The notes: generated from the letters alone by a model not told the origin. Numbered from the whole stretch's first letter, positions 11,623 through 25,066 are shown. The stretch is DNA of 63,585 nt, filler included, from Octopus bimaculoides (GCF_001194135.2; 8 parts of 7 records of this genome joined end to end with filler, not necessarily neighbours in it), one strand, 5' to 3'. Made by a program: numbers and translations.

Positions 11623-12523
11623 TTAAGCTGGTGTCTTGTGTAATTTGTGTTGTTTACCTAACTACGTTATATTAATTAGTCAGAGAAGGAAAGGTATCGC
11701 ACTCACAAATGACCTATTTCAGGCATTGATCATGTCAAGTCACTTCCTCTCTGCATTGAGAGTACACATTTCTGGTACTATGGACATGCGGTTAGAACTT
11801 TGCAGGAAAGGATATCAAGACAGATTATTCCAGCTTAACTAACTTGCAGGAGATCAATAATGAGATAATCCCAATTGGTTGCATTTGTGAATCGTCGTCG
11901 TCGTTTAATGTCCGCTTTCCATGCTAGCATGGGTTGGACGATTTGACTGAGGACTGGTGAAACCGGATGGCAACACCAGGCTCCAATCTGATTTGGCAGA
12001 GTTTCTACAGCTGGATGCCCTTCCTAACGCCAACCACTCAGAGAGTGTCGTGGGTGCTTTTACGTGTCACCCGCACGAAGGCCAGTCAGGCGGTACTGGC
12101 TACGATGGTTTCTTCCGACACAACCTCATGCGGGAGATGCATGAGAAAACTCTATCCTTAGAACCTTTCCAGGAATACTAAGCAGAGAAAATGCATGGAA
12201 AGATGGACGGATGGATTGATGAAGTGACTTGGCTGTTGATTCTTTAGGTTTTAATACACTTAAGCACTTCTGACATTTGCTTTCCAGAAATTTTCGCAAA
12301 TCCAATTTTCAATTAATTTTGTTCAAAATTCAACCTCTTCGTTATTTGTGCCATCATTCTTAGAAATAGAAGACAATGCCTTATATTTTTCATATTTCTT
12401 CAGTTTTTTGTAGTTTTCTGTTAATATAGTTTCTTTGTTATATTTATAACAACCTACAACACGTAACTCTGATATTATTGTTAATGTTGTTGCAGTTATT
12501 TCTTATTGTTCTATCTTCAACAG

Positions 12524-12741
12524 GTATTTTCTTGGGAATTGAAAGTACCCAACTGGGACATATCCGGTATGACTTTTCTGGTAATGTTCAAGAGCAGAGC
12601 TTCCAGATGCTGCTCTTCTGGTCAACACATTGTGATCCGCAGGAAGTTACAGTGGATACATTGAGGATAGCTCTTGAAGAAGCTGAGTGCCTTACTGCAC
12701 TCAAATGTCTATCGTTACATGTAAAGGGAATTATTGTATAA
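12524..12741 (+). CDS. Death domain, C-terminal (probably terminal) exon
   Basis: ttcaacag acceptor in phase 1. Encodes GIFLGIESTQLGHIRYDFSGNVQEQSFQMLLFWSTHCDPQEVTVDTLRIALEEAECLTALKCLSLHVKGIIV*, with death-domain motifs LGI, MLLxW and TV..L..AL. An AATAAA lies at 13155-13160. Confidence 0.85.
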
Positions 12742-12873
12742 ATGTTGTTTGACCCCAGGTCAACCTTGACCAAGCAATGATCTATGATCAGATGTCTCCC
12801 AGCTGGGACCATCCTGCCTTTATTCTTAATGTAGAAAACCCAAAGCCACATTGTCCCACTTGTCCAACTTTAA

Positions 12874-13093
12874 CCCTTTAGTGCTTAAACCGGTCATATC
12901 TGGCCAAAATATTCTACCTGTTTTATGTTCAAACTAGTCAGATATGGTCATTCATAGCTACCTTATTGTGTCATTTTAAAATTAAACAATCGCATAATTG
13001 AAATCTCAAAGCCATGAAATGATGCAGGATTAATTTTACATGGTGTGAATACATAAGCTTTACATTTGGCAGAATAATCTGAGTGCTAAAGGG
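12874..13093. mobile_element. piggyBac-type MITE
   Basis: TTAA-CCCTTTAG at the left end and CTAAAGGG-TTTA at the right end. Confidence 0.6.
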
Positions 13094-13527
13094 TTTAGGG
13101 TGAGGTGTGAATTTTGGTAAATTTGGTTACTAATTCTAGCAGATCTGTCAACCAAATAAAGACCACTTCACTGGTTTGGCTCTTTTATTAGTAATTAACT
13201 TTTAAAATAAAGATAAACTTTGAAATGTTCAACTGTTGTTGGTGTTGTTGTTTGTCTAATTACCCCCTTAAACACGTCCATTGTTATGTTGACAGTTATA
13301 ATATCCAAAGGGATCAAGTCGATTACATCAACCCCAGTGCGTAACTGGTACATTATTTATCGACCCCGAAAGGATGAACGGCAAAGTCGACCTCGGCGGA
13401 ATTTGAACTCAGAACGTAAAGACAGACGAAATACCGCTAAGCATTTCGCCCGGCACCAAACNNNNNNNNNNCGGCACCTAACGTTTCTGCCATCTCGTTG
13501 CCTTAACCACAAAATATTGACGACGAC

Positions 13528-13560
<33 letters not shown>

Positions 13561-13710
13561 GATGATGATGACGATGATGATGACGTTGATGATGACGATG
13601 ATGATGACGACGATGACGATGACGATGATGATGACGATGATGATGATGATGATGTTGTAACTGAGGAGAGTGAAAGACTGGTAAGAATATCAAGAATTCA
13701 GAAATAAGTT

Positions 13711-14301
13711 ATTGGCACTTCCGTCGCTTACGACGACGAGGGGNNNNNNNNNNNNNNNNNNNNNNNNNNNNNNNNNNNNNNNNNNNNNNNNNNNNNNNNN
13801 NNNNNNNNNNNNNNNNNNNNNNNNNNNNNNNNNNNNNNNNNNNNNNNNNNNNNNNNNNNNNNNNNNNNNNNNNNNNNNNNNNNNNNNNNNNNNNNNNNNN
13901 NNNNNNNNNNNNNNNNNNNNNNNNNNNNNNNNNNNNNNNNNNNNNNNNNNNNNNNNNNNNNNNNNNNNNNNNNNNNNNNNNNNNNNNNNNNNNNNNNNNN
14001 NNNNNNNNNNNNNNNNNNNNNNNNNNNNNNNGTGTACCCTTAACGTAGTTCTTGGGGATATTCAACGTGACACAGTGTGACAGGGCTGACCCTTTGAATT
14101 ACAGGTACAACAGAAAGTAAGGGTGAGAGAAAGTTGTGGTGGAAGAGTACAGCAGGGTTCACCACCATCCCCTACCGGAGCCTCGTGGAACTTTAGGTGT
14201 TTTCGCTCAATAAACACTCACAACGCCCTGTCTGGGAATCGAAACCGCAATTCTATGACCGCGAGTCCGCTGCCCTAACCACTGGGCCATTGCGCCTCCA
14301 C
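13711..14301 (-). mobile_element. SINE family A with an internal gap
   Basis: Both termini match the family consensus. Confidence 0.9.
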
Positions 14302-14463
14302 CAAAAGTAAACATTAGCCGTACAATTTTTCTTTACTAGTTTTGATCTGTTAATCATGTTCACCCTTGTTTAACACCCCTAAAACTTACTATAGTGAGGG
14401 ATAAATGAAGATTAGGCTAAAACAGACATCTTAATATATTTATCATGTCTCTAACACACACAA

Positions 14464-14762
14464 GTGGAGGTTCAATGGCCCAGTGGTTAGGGCAGCGGAC
14501 TCGCGGTCATAGGATCGTGGTTTCGATTTCCAGACCAGGCGTTGTGAGTGTTTATTGAGCGAAAACACCTAAAGCTCCACGAGGCTCCGGCAGGGGATGG
14601 TGGCGAACCCTGCTGTACTCTTCCACCACAACTTTCTCTTACTCTTACTTCCTGTTTCTGTTGTGCCTGTAATTCAAAGGGTCAGCCTTGTCACACTGTG
14701 TCACGCTAAATATCCCCGAGAACTACGTTAAGGGTACACGTGTCTGTGGAGTGTTCAGTCAC
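14464..14762 (+). mobile_element. SINE family A, cut by a gap
   Basis: Head and body match the consensus. Confidence 0.9.
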
Positions 14763-15813
14763 NNNNNNNNNNNNNNNNNNNNNNNNNNNNNNNNNNNNNN
14801 NNNNNNNNNNNNNNNNNNNNNNNNNNNNNNNNNNNNNNNNNNNNNNNNNNNNNNNNNNNNNNNNNNNNNNNNNNNNNNNNNNNNNNNNNNNNNNNNNNNN
14901 NNNNNNNNNNNNNNNNNNNNNNNNNNNNNNNNNNNNNNNNNNNNNNNNNNNNNNNNNNNNNNNNNNNNNNNNNNNNNNNNNNNNNNNNNNNNNNNNNNNN
15001 NNNNNNNNNNNNNNNNNNNNNNNNNNNNNNNNNNNNNNNNNNNNNNNNNNNNNNNNNNNNNNNNNNNNNNNNNNNNNNNNNNNNNNNNNNNNNNNNNNNN
15101 NNNNNNNNNNNNNNNNNNNNNNNNNNNNNNNNNNNNNNNNNNNNNNNNNNNNNNNNNNNNNNNNNNNNNNNNNNNNNNNNNNNNNNNNNNNNNNNNNNNN
15201 NNNNNNNNNNNNNNNNNNNNNNNNNNNNNNNNNNNNNNNNNNNNNNNNNNNNNNNNNNNNNNNNNNNNNNNNNNNNNNNNNNNNNNNNNNNNNNNNNNNN
15301 NNNNNNNNNNNNNNNNNNNNNNNNNNNNNNNNNNNNNNNNNNNNNNNNNNNNNNNNNNNNNNNNNNNNNNNNNNNNNNNNNNNNNNNNNNNNNNNNNNNN
15401 NNNNNNNNNNNNNNNNNNNNNNNNNNNNNNNNNNNNNNNNNNNNNNNNNNNNNNNNNNNNNNNNNNNNNNNNNNNNNNNNNNNNNNNNNNNNNNNNNNNN
15501 NNNNNNNNNNNNNAAATTTTCAAAGATATTGGGGGTGGGTGGAAGTCTTTCCCAAACTCGAGTTATATTATGTAAGCAACGATATTTCATCTCCTTTCAT
15601 CTTCAAAGGTATGGCCTCTTTACCATAAAGAAGGTTACCCATCTTGTATGTTGGCCATACAAACATCCATCAGGGCATGAAAAGAGATTACCTCTTGCAG
15701 AGAGGAGATAATATTCTCAAATAACAATGATACAGTATAGAGGATAGTCTTTATAATGTAGGTGCCATGAAAAATACATCCAGTGGAATTTATGAAGAAT
15801 TATGACTGAAACA

Positions 15814-16178
15814 TGGAGGCGCAATAGCCTAGTGGTTAGGGCAGCGGACTCGTGGTCATAGGATCGCGGTTTTGATTCCCAGACCGGGCGTTGTGAGTTT
15901 AGCTCCACGAGGCTCCGGCAGGGGATGGTGGCGAACCTTGCTCTACTCTTCCACCACAACTTTCTCTCACTCTTTCTTCCTGTTTCTGTTGTGCCTGTAA
16001 TTCAAAGGGTCAGCCTTGTCACACTGTGTCACGCTGAATATCCCCGAGAACTACGTTAAGGGTACACGTGTCTGTGGAGTGCTCAGCCACTTGCACGTTA
16101 ATTTCACGAGCAGGCTGTTCCGTTGATCGGATCAACTGGAACCCTCGACGTCGTAAGCGACGGAGTGCCAACAACAAA
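15814..16178 (+). mobile_element. SINE family A with a small internal deletion
   Basis: TSD ATGACTGAAACA at 15802-15813 and 16179-16190. Confidence 0.95.
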
Positions 16179-16199
16179 ATGACTGAAACACCCCTCTAC

Positions 16200-16740
16200 C
16201 CCACTTCTTCTGGATGTTTATGGGTTCTGTTAGAACACTAAAACATGAGTATGATAAAGAAAGGTCCTTAGCGTGTTTCCATTACTTAAATTTTCTATAT
16301 ACAATCACATTTACATTTCTAGTGATGTCTTGGATCTGTAGTCTTCAAATCAGCTTTCTCCTTTCTGACCTTCAGAAGCCTAATTTCTCAAAATCGGTAT
16401 TTACGCAGTGTTCTACATATCCCAATGCCCCAATAATTACAGGTATACACCTGAACTTGTAATCTGGAAAGACTAGCTGCAGATTTCTCAATAGTTCCAC
16501 GTAGGTATTCTCTGCATCTATGTTAGCATCTGCTCGGCAGCTGATTTCCACATTGTTCAGTTTCTCTTCACTATACCAAACCATTGTGTTTATATTTCAT
16601 TAGGGTTTCCACTGACACATTCTACCGTACTGGTATGAGTGACTATGGCTTCTACCATAATGTAGGGTTAGGGTTAGGGTTTTGTCCTCAGGGTTATCCC
16701 TTCGATAGCTACAACATCATGTCTCACCAGTAGGTAATCT
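16200..16740 (-). mobile_element. Decayed non-LTR retrotransposon, restriction-like endonuclease region (CRE/NeSL/R2-type)
   Basis: Fragments RHDVVA, VEISCRADANI..Y..LLRNLQ and IPVIIGALG on the minus strand, with stops and frameshifts. Confidence 0.75.
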
Positions 16741-17064
16741 GCTATAGGCACAGTATGCAGCTGGATGAAAAATCGACCTCGATGGAATTTGAACTCAGAA
16801 TGTAAAGATGAAATACTGCAGAGACACATGATTTGCCCAGTTTCTTCAGAGACGTCGGGACCGTTTTTATCCTCTCCAGATAAATAACATGGTATTCTAA
16901 CAAAGCATTCAGGTTGAGGTGGATGTATTCAGAATTCAAGTGAGTCTCTTTTTTTTTTCCTTATGATTAAAAGTCTCTCCAGATATGTGTGTTGTAATGT
17001 CTAATTTAATAAGCGATTTTGGGTGCCACCTCACCTACTTATTCGAAGAAATTATGCAATCTGT

Positions 17065-17225
17065 TAGTTCTGATACATTTGTCCTCATCCTAACACAACG
17101 TTTCGGCTGAAGAAATTTCGAGGTATTTTTCGATATTATTATTCAGGTCACTGCCTGGAATTGAACTCAGAATCTTGGGGATAGTAACCCGTACTCTTAA
17201 CCACTACACCATATGCCCATGGGCA
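17065..17225 (-). mobile_element. SINE family H, uninterrupted and internally deleted copy
   Basis: tttgtcctcatc..acacaacgtttcggctg..ttttcgatattattattcaggtcactgcctgg..ttaaccactacaccatatgccc. Confidence 0.75.
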
Positions 17226-17574
17226 ATTATGGAGTGGATTTTAGGGCTTATAAATCTAATATTCTCCTATCCTTCCTTAATACTGGTTCCCATATGCTAT
17301 TCATATCTGCACTCGGTCTGCTTAGGAGGTTGTTGTGTCCTAGCATATGTGCTGCTTCTTTTAGTTTTCGTATTTTCCAGTGGGGTTCTCTGTCTATTGT
17401 TCTAACTTCATCCCACAGGGATATAGAATCGTTTTGGTTTGTTGACATTTGTGATTTTATTATTCCGATATTTGTTCCATTATATTCTTTGTATTTGACA
17501 TGATGTCTTCATTCTGTTTTTTTTTTATATTTGTGTAATATTTTACCCATTGTTTTATATTTCATCTTTTGTAG

Positions 17575-17750
17575 TGCGCTGACAAGCTTGCTTTGCCTAT
17601 GAAAGACAGGTTACGTGGCATTGTAGTTGCTTGTTATCTAGCTCATCAAGGTGCTAACTTTTACTACAAGAACAAAAAGAACCAGATGCCGCTGGACATT
17701 ATTAAGAGTCCAGCTTTAAAAATGATAATAAAGACCCTTTTTCAACCACA
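17575..17750 (+). CDS. Paralogous last-ankyrin exon (copy B)
   Basis: tttgtag acceptor and gtaagt donor; 176 nt and the same phases as 1653-1828. Encodes CADKLALPMKDRLRGIVVACYLAHQGANFYYKNKKNQMPLDIIKSPALKMIIKTLFQP, 22/58 aa identical to copy A; the flanking introns also align. Confidence 0.8.
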
Positions 17751-17768
17751 GTAAGTATTAAGAATTCC

Positions 17769-18151
17769 TTGTTGGCACTCCGTCGCTTACGACGTCAAGG
17801 GCTCCAGTTGATCCGATCAATGGAACAGCCTGCTCATGAAATTAACGTGAAAGTGGCTGAGCACTCCACAGACACGTGTACCCTTAATGTAGTTCTCGGG
17901 GATATTCAGCGTGACACAGTGTGACAAGGCTGACCCTTTGAAATACAGGCACAACAGAAACAGGAAGTAAGAGTGAGAGAAAGTTGTGGTGGAAGAGTAC
18001 AGCAGGGTTCACCACCATCCCTTGCCGGAACCTCGTGGAGCTTCAGGTGTTTTCGTTCAATAAACACTCACAACGCCCGGTCTGGGAATCGAAACCGCGA
18101 TCCTATGACCGCAAGTCCGATGCCCTAACCACTGGGCCATTGAGCCTCCAC
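17769..18151 (-). mobile_element. SINE family A inserted 18 nt into the intron after exon B
   Basis: TSD AAGAATTCC at 17760-17768 and 18152-18160. Confidence 0.95.
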
Positions 18152-18549
18152 AAGAATTCCCTAGCAATGAAGAAATAAGCCAGTACATCTTGTATTTTGC
18201 ATATAATCATGTTCCGATGTTTGTTTGGTTTTAATTTTACCAATACTAAATACTGTCACTCGTGACTTGGCCAAAAACCACGCTGCAATAATAATAAGGA
18301 CAATAAACAGAAAATACAGTCAAGGAATCAAACAAAGAACACATGACTGGTTGTGTTGACAGTTGTGTGGCACTGGTCATGTCCACCTGCGTCTCATAAT
18401 TCCCTATGTTAAAGCACAGTGGCATCCAGAAAAACATGGTACTAAACAATGATGCAAAGAAATGCATCTCGAAATTGTTACTTAGAAGTAAGTGGAATTT
18501 ATCTGCCTACCAATATTATATCATAAAAAATAATCTACAATACACATAC

Positions 18550-18588
<39 letters not shown>

Positions 18589-18688
18589 NNNNNNNNNNNN
18601 NNNNNNNNNNNNNNNNNNNNNNNNNNNNNNNNTTAATTAATTAANNNNNNNNNNNNNNNNNNNNNNNNNNNNNNNNNNNNNNNNNNNN
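18589..18688. other. Artificial scaffold join (also 33183-33282, 42006-42105, 45787-45886, 50642-50741, 58204-58303, 61437-61536)
   Basis: 44 N + TTAATTAATTAA + 44 N = 100 nt, repeated identically seven times. Confidence 0.97.
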
Positions 18689-18820
18689 TATATATGTATA
18701 TATATGTATATATTCAGACACATGTTGATATGCATATATATATATGTATATATATGTATACATGTTTATACACAATTGCTCAGATACGCGCGAACACACC
18801 CCCACACACTCATTCACACA

Positions 18821-18865
<45 letters not shown>

Positions 18866-18953
18866 CCACACACACGCTACCACACACACACTAACACACA
18901 CAAATCATTGTGCATGTTTACGCTCATGCATATATTCTGGGATCCGGATGCTA

Positions 18954-18992
<39 letters not shown>

Positions 18993-19113
18993 TTCCTTTT
19001 CTCTTGCTGTGCATGTATATAAAATATAGATACATGCATATAAATCCATATGCACACATACACACACATGTATGTATGTATGCATATCAGCACACACACA
19101 CAAACGCATACAT

Positions 19114-19160
<47 letters not shown>

Positions 19161-19459
19161 CACAGACACAGACACACACACACACACACACACTTATATA
19201 TATATATAAATATGTATATATACAGATGCACATACACATCGGACAACCCCTCCAGCCGCGCACACGCGCACACGACGGCATGTCTTTCCCCTTCATTAAT
19301 ATTCACGTCCGTTTGTATAAACAAGCATATCAGGCGGTCACTTACAGAATTTCATATTTACAATAAAACCAGCAAGACCACGTGACCACACTGTTAACAA
19401 TTCCCATATTTCACTCGCCGTTTCCTTGTCCGCCTCCATTCTTATCGAACGTGCATTGA

Positions 19460-21030
<1,571 letters not shown>

Positions 21031-22735
21031 TCCACGCAATGGTCGTAGTTGTTGTTATTAGTATTACCATTCTAATGGCTGTAATATCATTAATTTCTAA
21101 ACTATGAAATGGCCACCGAACCATTACGCTTTCTTCGCCAGTTGCTTCTAATGCATCATAAGGAGATTACAAGAGTGGTCCCATTGTTCGCCACACAAGT
21201 GATGTTTGTTAGATATTGAATCTGTTCCCCTCCCCCCCATAAGTCATCTTTCTCATTCATGTTTCGATGTTGGGGGCCACATTCATTCATCGAATCGTTC
21301 TCATTCATCATCGCTGATGAATGGCAAACGAAGGAAATACGTTCGACCGTGTCGATAGAGAACCGGGCGAATAACACAGAAATATATGAACTTTGTACTG
21401 TCAACCATCTGTTACCCTGCCCTCCGCCAACGTGGAAGCATTTTGTTTTTCCGAGTGGAAGCTTAGCGTCCTTCGTGCCATTATATTTGACTCTTCTTTG
21501 GAGAATTAGCCGTGTCAACTTGTTGCTATTGTTGCTGTTGGTTAGACCTAAGTCAGTTCGGACTGAGAAGAGTAGAGTAGACCTACATTCTAAGGCGTCC
21601 CATCCATGGCCATCCTGGTTCTGTTATAAGTACAAGGCATCCACGATTACATCATCGTGGAGTTCAAGAACACAATACAATGCCCGGTCCGGGAATCGAG
21701 CTCACAACTTCATGATTGTGAGCCCGATACTCTGACTACTGAGCCATGCGCCTCCACTAGACATTAGGAAACGTAGTGCTATATACACTATGTTTACACA
21801 ATAGACATGGCGATCACAACTTGGGACGATTTTGATCATAAGTATTGTGAATTTGGGCCGATGAGGGACTAAACAGCAACACTGAGGCAGGCATTAGACA
21901 ACGTAATCCTCAGTACACACTTTTATATATAAAAGACATGCTGTCATAGCTTGAACGACTGTGATAATATATCAGCTCAAACTAAGCTGACCGGGGGTTA
22001 AAATAACAATATTGATGTACACATTCAATAAAATAGCCGTAGATAATTTATGTCTAACGAAAAGAAAACGTAGTCACAGATTGAATATCTGTCACGAGGC
22101 GAGCACAATGGAAGCTGACCTGGGGATTTTACTGTTAACAGCAACTTTAGCCATTCCAGTATCTAATCTAGTTGGTCATTTCGATTGGTGGACACAGTGC
22201 TGAGCATTGTTCTGCGATAACATTTAATCAATTTCGCATTAAAGAATCTTATTAAATTACTTGAAATGGAATGAAACAGTTTTGCCGAAGTATTACTGGG
22301 TGATTATTGTCTCGTGTGAGCAGAAGACAGAGCAATGTTGACTAAGACAAGGTATGTGCATGAGTAGGTGTGTGTGTGTGTGTGTGCGTGTCTGTCTGTG
22401 TGTGTCTGTGTATTTATGTGTATACCTGTGTGATCGTTTGCATATGGATGATATATACATAGGATGTGTGTATGCATAATATAATATAGTATAGATATAT
22501 TACACGTATGTGTATGTGTGAATATGTCTCTGTACATGCTTACACATATATACATACACTCACAACCATAGGTATAATATATATGTATCCTTGTATGTNN
22601 NNNNNNNNNNNNNNNNNNNNNNNNNNNNNNNNNNNNNNNNNNNNNNNNNNNNNNNNNNNNNNNNNNNNNNNNNNNNNNNNNNNNNNNNNNNNNNNNNNNN
22701 NNNNNNNNNNNNNNNNNNNNNNNNNNNNNNNNNNN

Positions 22736-22791
<56 letters not shown>

Positions 22792-23441
22792 TATGTACGT
22801 ATATAGGAAAGTGTGTTTGTACAGGAACACATGTTTAGTATCTAGACGGAGATGAATCTTGGAAACGCAATTTTAGGTTCATATAATCAAGATATTCATT
22901 CGCACAAAGTGCTCAACGACTAAACCACGAAATGGATGTTATGGTTCTGTGTCTATGCTTATTAAACAAACGAGACAAAATGGCGTAGATATTCCGCAAA
23001 AGTATAATATAAAAAAAAACTAACGCAAGTTACTTCTCATGGCGTCGAAATGTCTCAGTGATTTTTCACCTCAACGGACACTGTTGAACTAAAAACAGCC
23101 ACTTAGAAAAACAATGTATACAGTAGTTAATGATATCATGACTAGATGACACATAAACCAGTTAGCAACGAAACTGCCTTGTTTATATATCACCGAGAAA
23201 TGATGTATGTCCTAGAAAGATTGCTAAAAAAATATTCCATCCAGCCATCCATCCATCCATCCATCCATCCAATATAAATGCACATATCTGCATATATCTA
23301 TGAATATAAATACGGTGTACATTTAAACACATAAGAGATGGCCATAATAGGACTATTAACACGCTAGAAGGAGTAGTTAAAATCCAAATCACAATTAGGG
23401 GTAATTTCGAAAGGGAATGAAAAATAAAAACATTTACCATT

Positions 23442-23507
23442 TATTTCCTGGACCATGGTTGCAGGCTCATTGGCTGAAGAGAGCTTGAAACCATGGTCCA
23501 GGAAATA
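23442..23507. repeat. Perfect 19-bp inverted repeat with a 28-nt spacer
   Basis: TATTTCCTGGACCATGGTT ... AACCATGGTCCAGGAAATA. Confidence 0.95.
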
Positions 23508-23510
23508 GAT

Positions 23511-23723
23511 ACTCTTTTACTCTTTTACTTGTTTCACTCATTTGATTGTGGCCATGCTGGAACACTGCCTTTTAGTCGAGCAAATCGACCCCAGAACTTA
23601 TTCTTTGTAAGCCTAGTACTTATTCTATCGGTCTCCTTTGCCGAACCGCTAATTTACGGAGACGTAAACACACCAGCATCGGTTGTCAAACGATGTAGGG
23701 GGGACAAACACAAGCACACAAAT

Positions 23724-23774
<51 letters not shown>

Positions 23775-23932
23775 CGATGAGCTTCTTTCAGTTTCCGTCT
23801 ACCCAATCCACTCACAAGGCTTTGGTCGGCCCAAAGCTATAGTAGAAGACACTTGCCTAAGGTGCCACACAGTGGAACTGAACCCGGAACTATGTGGTTG
23901 GTAAGCAAGCTACTTACCACATAGCCACTCCT
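23511..23932 (-). mobile_element. SINE family B, full length
   Basis: Reverse complement of the 3239 copy with a central TA/CA microsatellite. Confidence 0.9.
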
Positions 23933-24789
23933 AATGTTTTTATATGTATGAATATGTATATATAAATATGTAGTGCTAATGTATGCGCACATACATACAA
24001 GCATGCATGCATCCATCTATCTACCCATACAGGCATACATACATACATACATACATCCATACATACATGCATACATACGCACATGCATGCATACACACAT
24101 ACATATATACGTTCGTACATATATACATATATACATGCTTGCATGCATACATACATACATACATACGTACACACATATATACGTACATACGTACGTACAT
24201 ACATACATGTCTAGTAAATCTGAAAAAGTAAACAGAATAGACGAATGAGACGAGAAATCAAACTAGAAGTATTAATAGAGACAAAAGTATTCGGAAGACA
24301 CAAGAGATCCTAGCATCTGTGATATGCGGCGGAGAGAACTTTTACAATGTATGCGAAGACATGAGCAAAATCATAAATCTTTCATTTGCAGTTATCGGTA
24401 ATTCTAGAAACCATAACATTTTATACTCGGTGAATCATTTATCTTCAGATTCTATACCAATCATCAAATCTCAGTAAAATAATGAAAGAATCACAAATTA
24501 TTCATAGCCAAAGACACACCAAATCTTAAATGACTTTTAACAAAGGTGCAATTCACACTAGCAGAAGAAATATTTCAGGTAACAAAATACGAAGATCTTT
24601 GCTGAGGGACGTCTGAAATAATTGAAGAGGAAAAAAGAAAAGAATGAAAGGCAAAAATCGGAAGGAATTGCTGGATAATGTAAATAAAAATTGCAAAACG
24701 GAAAATCTCAGGTAGGTCAAAGAAACGATTTGTGTATTACAAGTACATAGGTTACAGTGTTATGTATGACATATAGTGAGCGAGAAAGG

Positions 24790-25040
24790 TATTTCGTCGT
24801 ATTTACGCTGAGAGTTCATATTCTGTCGAAGCCTACTTTGCCTTTCATTTACGTTCTGAGTTCAAATTCTGCCGTGGCCGAATTTGCCTTTCATCTTTAA
24901 GGCGCCGAGCTGGCCAATTCGTTAGCACGCCGGGCGAAAGTCTTTGTAGCATTTCGTCGTCTTTACGCTCTGAGTTCAAATTCCGCCGAGGTCGACTTTA
25001 CCTTTCATTCTTTCGGGGTCGATAAATTAAGTACCCAGTT
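24790..25040 (+). mobile_element. SINE family C with tandem partial copies in front (other fragments at about 13325-13455, 16760-16810, 30880-30990, 31130-31220, 39215-39370, 59300-59440)
   Basis: Motif tttacgttctgagttcaaattccgccgaggtcgactttgcctttcatc...tcggggtcgataaattaagtacc. Confidence 0.85.
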
Positions 25041-25066
25041 CGTTATGGTGTTTATGAATATCAACA

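Noticed and set aside
16911-16939. 27-nt exon (VEVDVFRIQ) before a gtgagt donor as the upstream partner of exon B
   Set aside because: The phase fits, but the acceptor is weak and I found no counterpart before exon A.
18633-18644. TTAATTAATTAA as a biological motif or piggyBac site
   Set aside because: It is always centred in exactly 88 N, so it is an assembly linker.
21314-21345. CTGATGA as a hammerhead core (also 52223 and the relics near 27477 and 63150)
   Set aside because: There is no properly placed stem II plus GAAA and stem I; at most these are decayed repeat relics.
21156-21735. Overlapping 120-aa and 158-aa ORFs
   Set aside because: They have no domain motifs or splice support, and the longer one runs through a SINE.
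23474-23500. Hammerhead reading of the hairpin loop (CUGAAGA-GAGCUU-GAAA-CCAUG-GUC)
   Set aside because: Stem I does not pair well and the strong flanking hairpin would compete.
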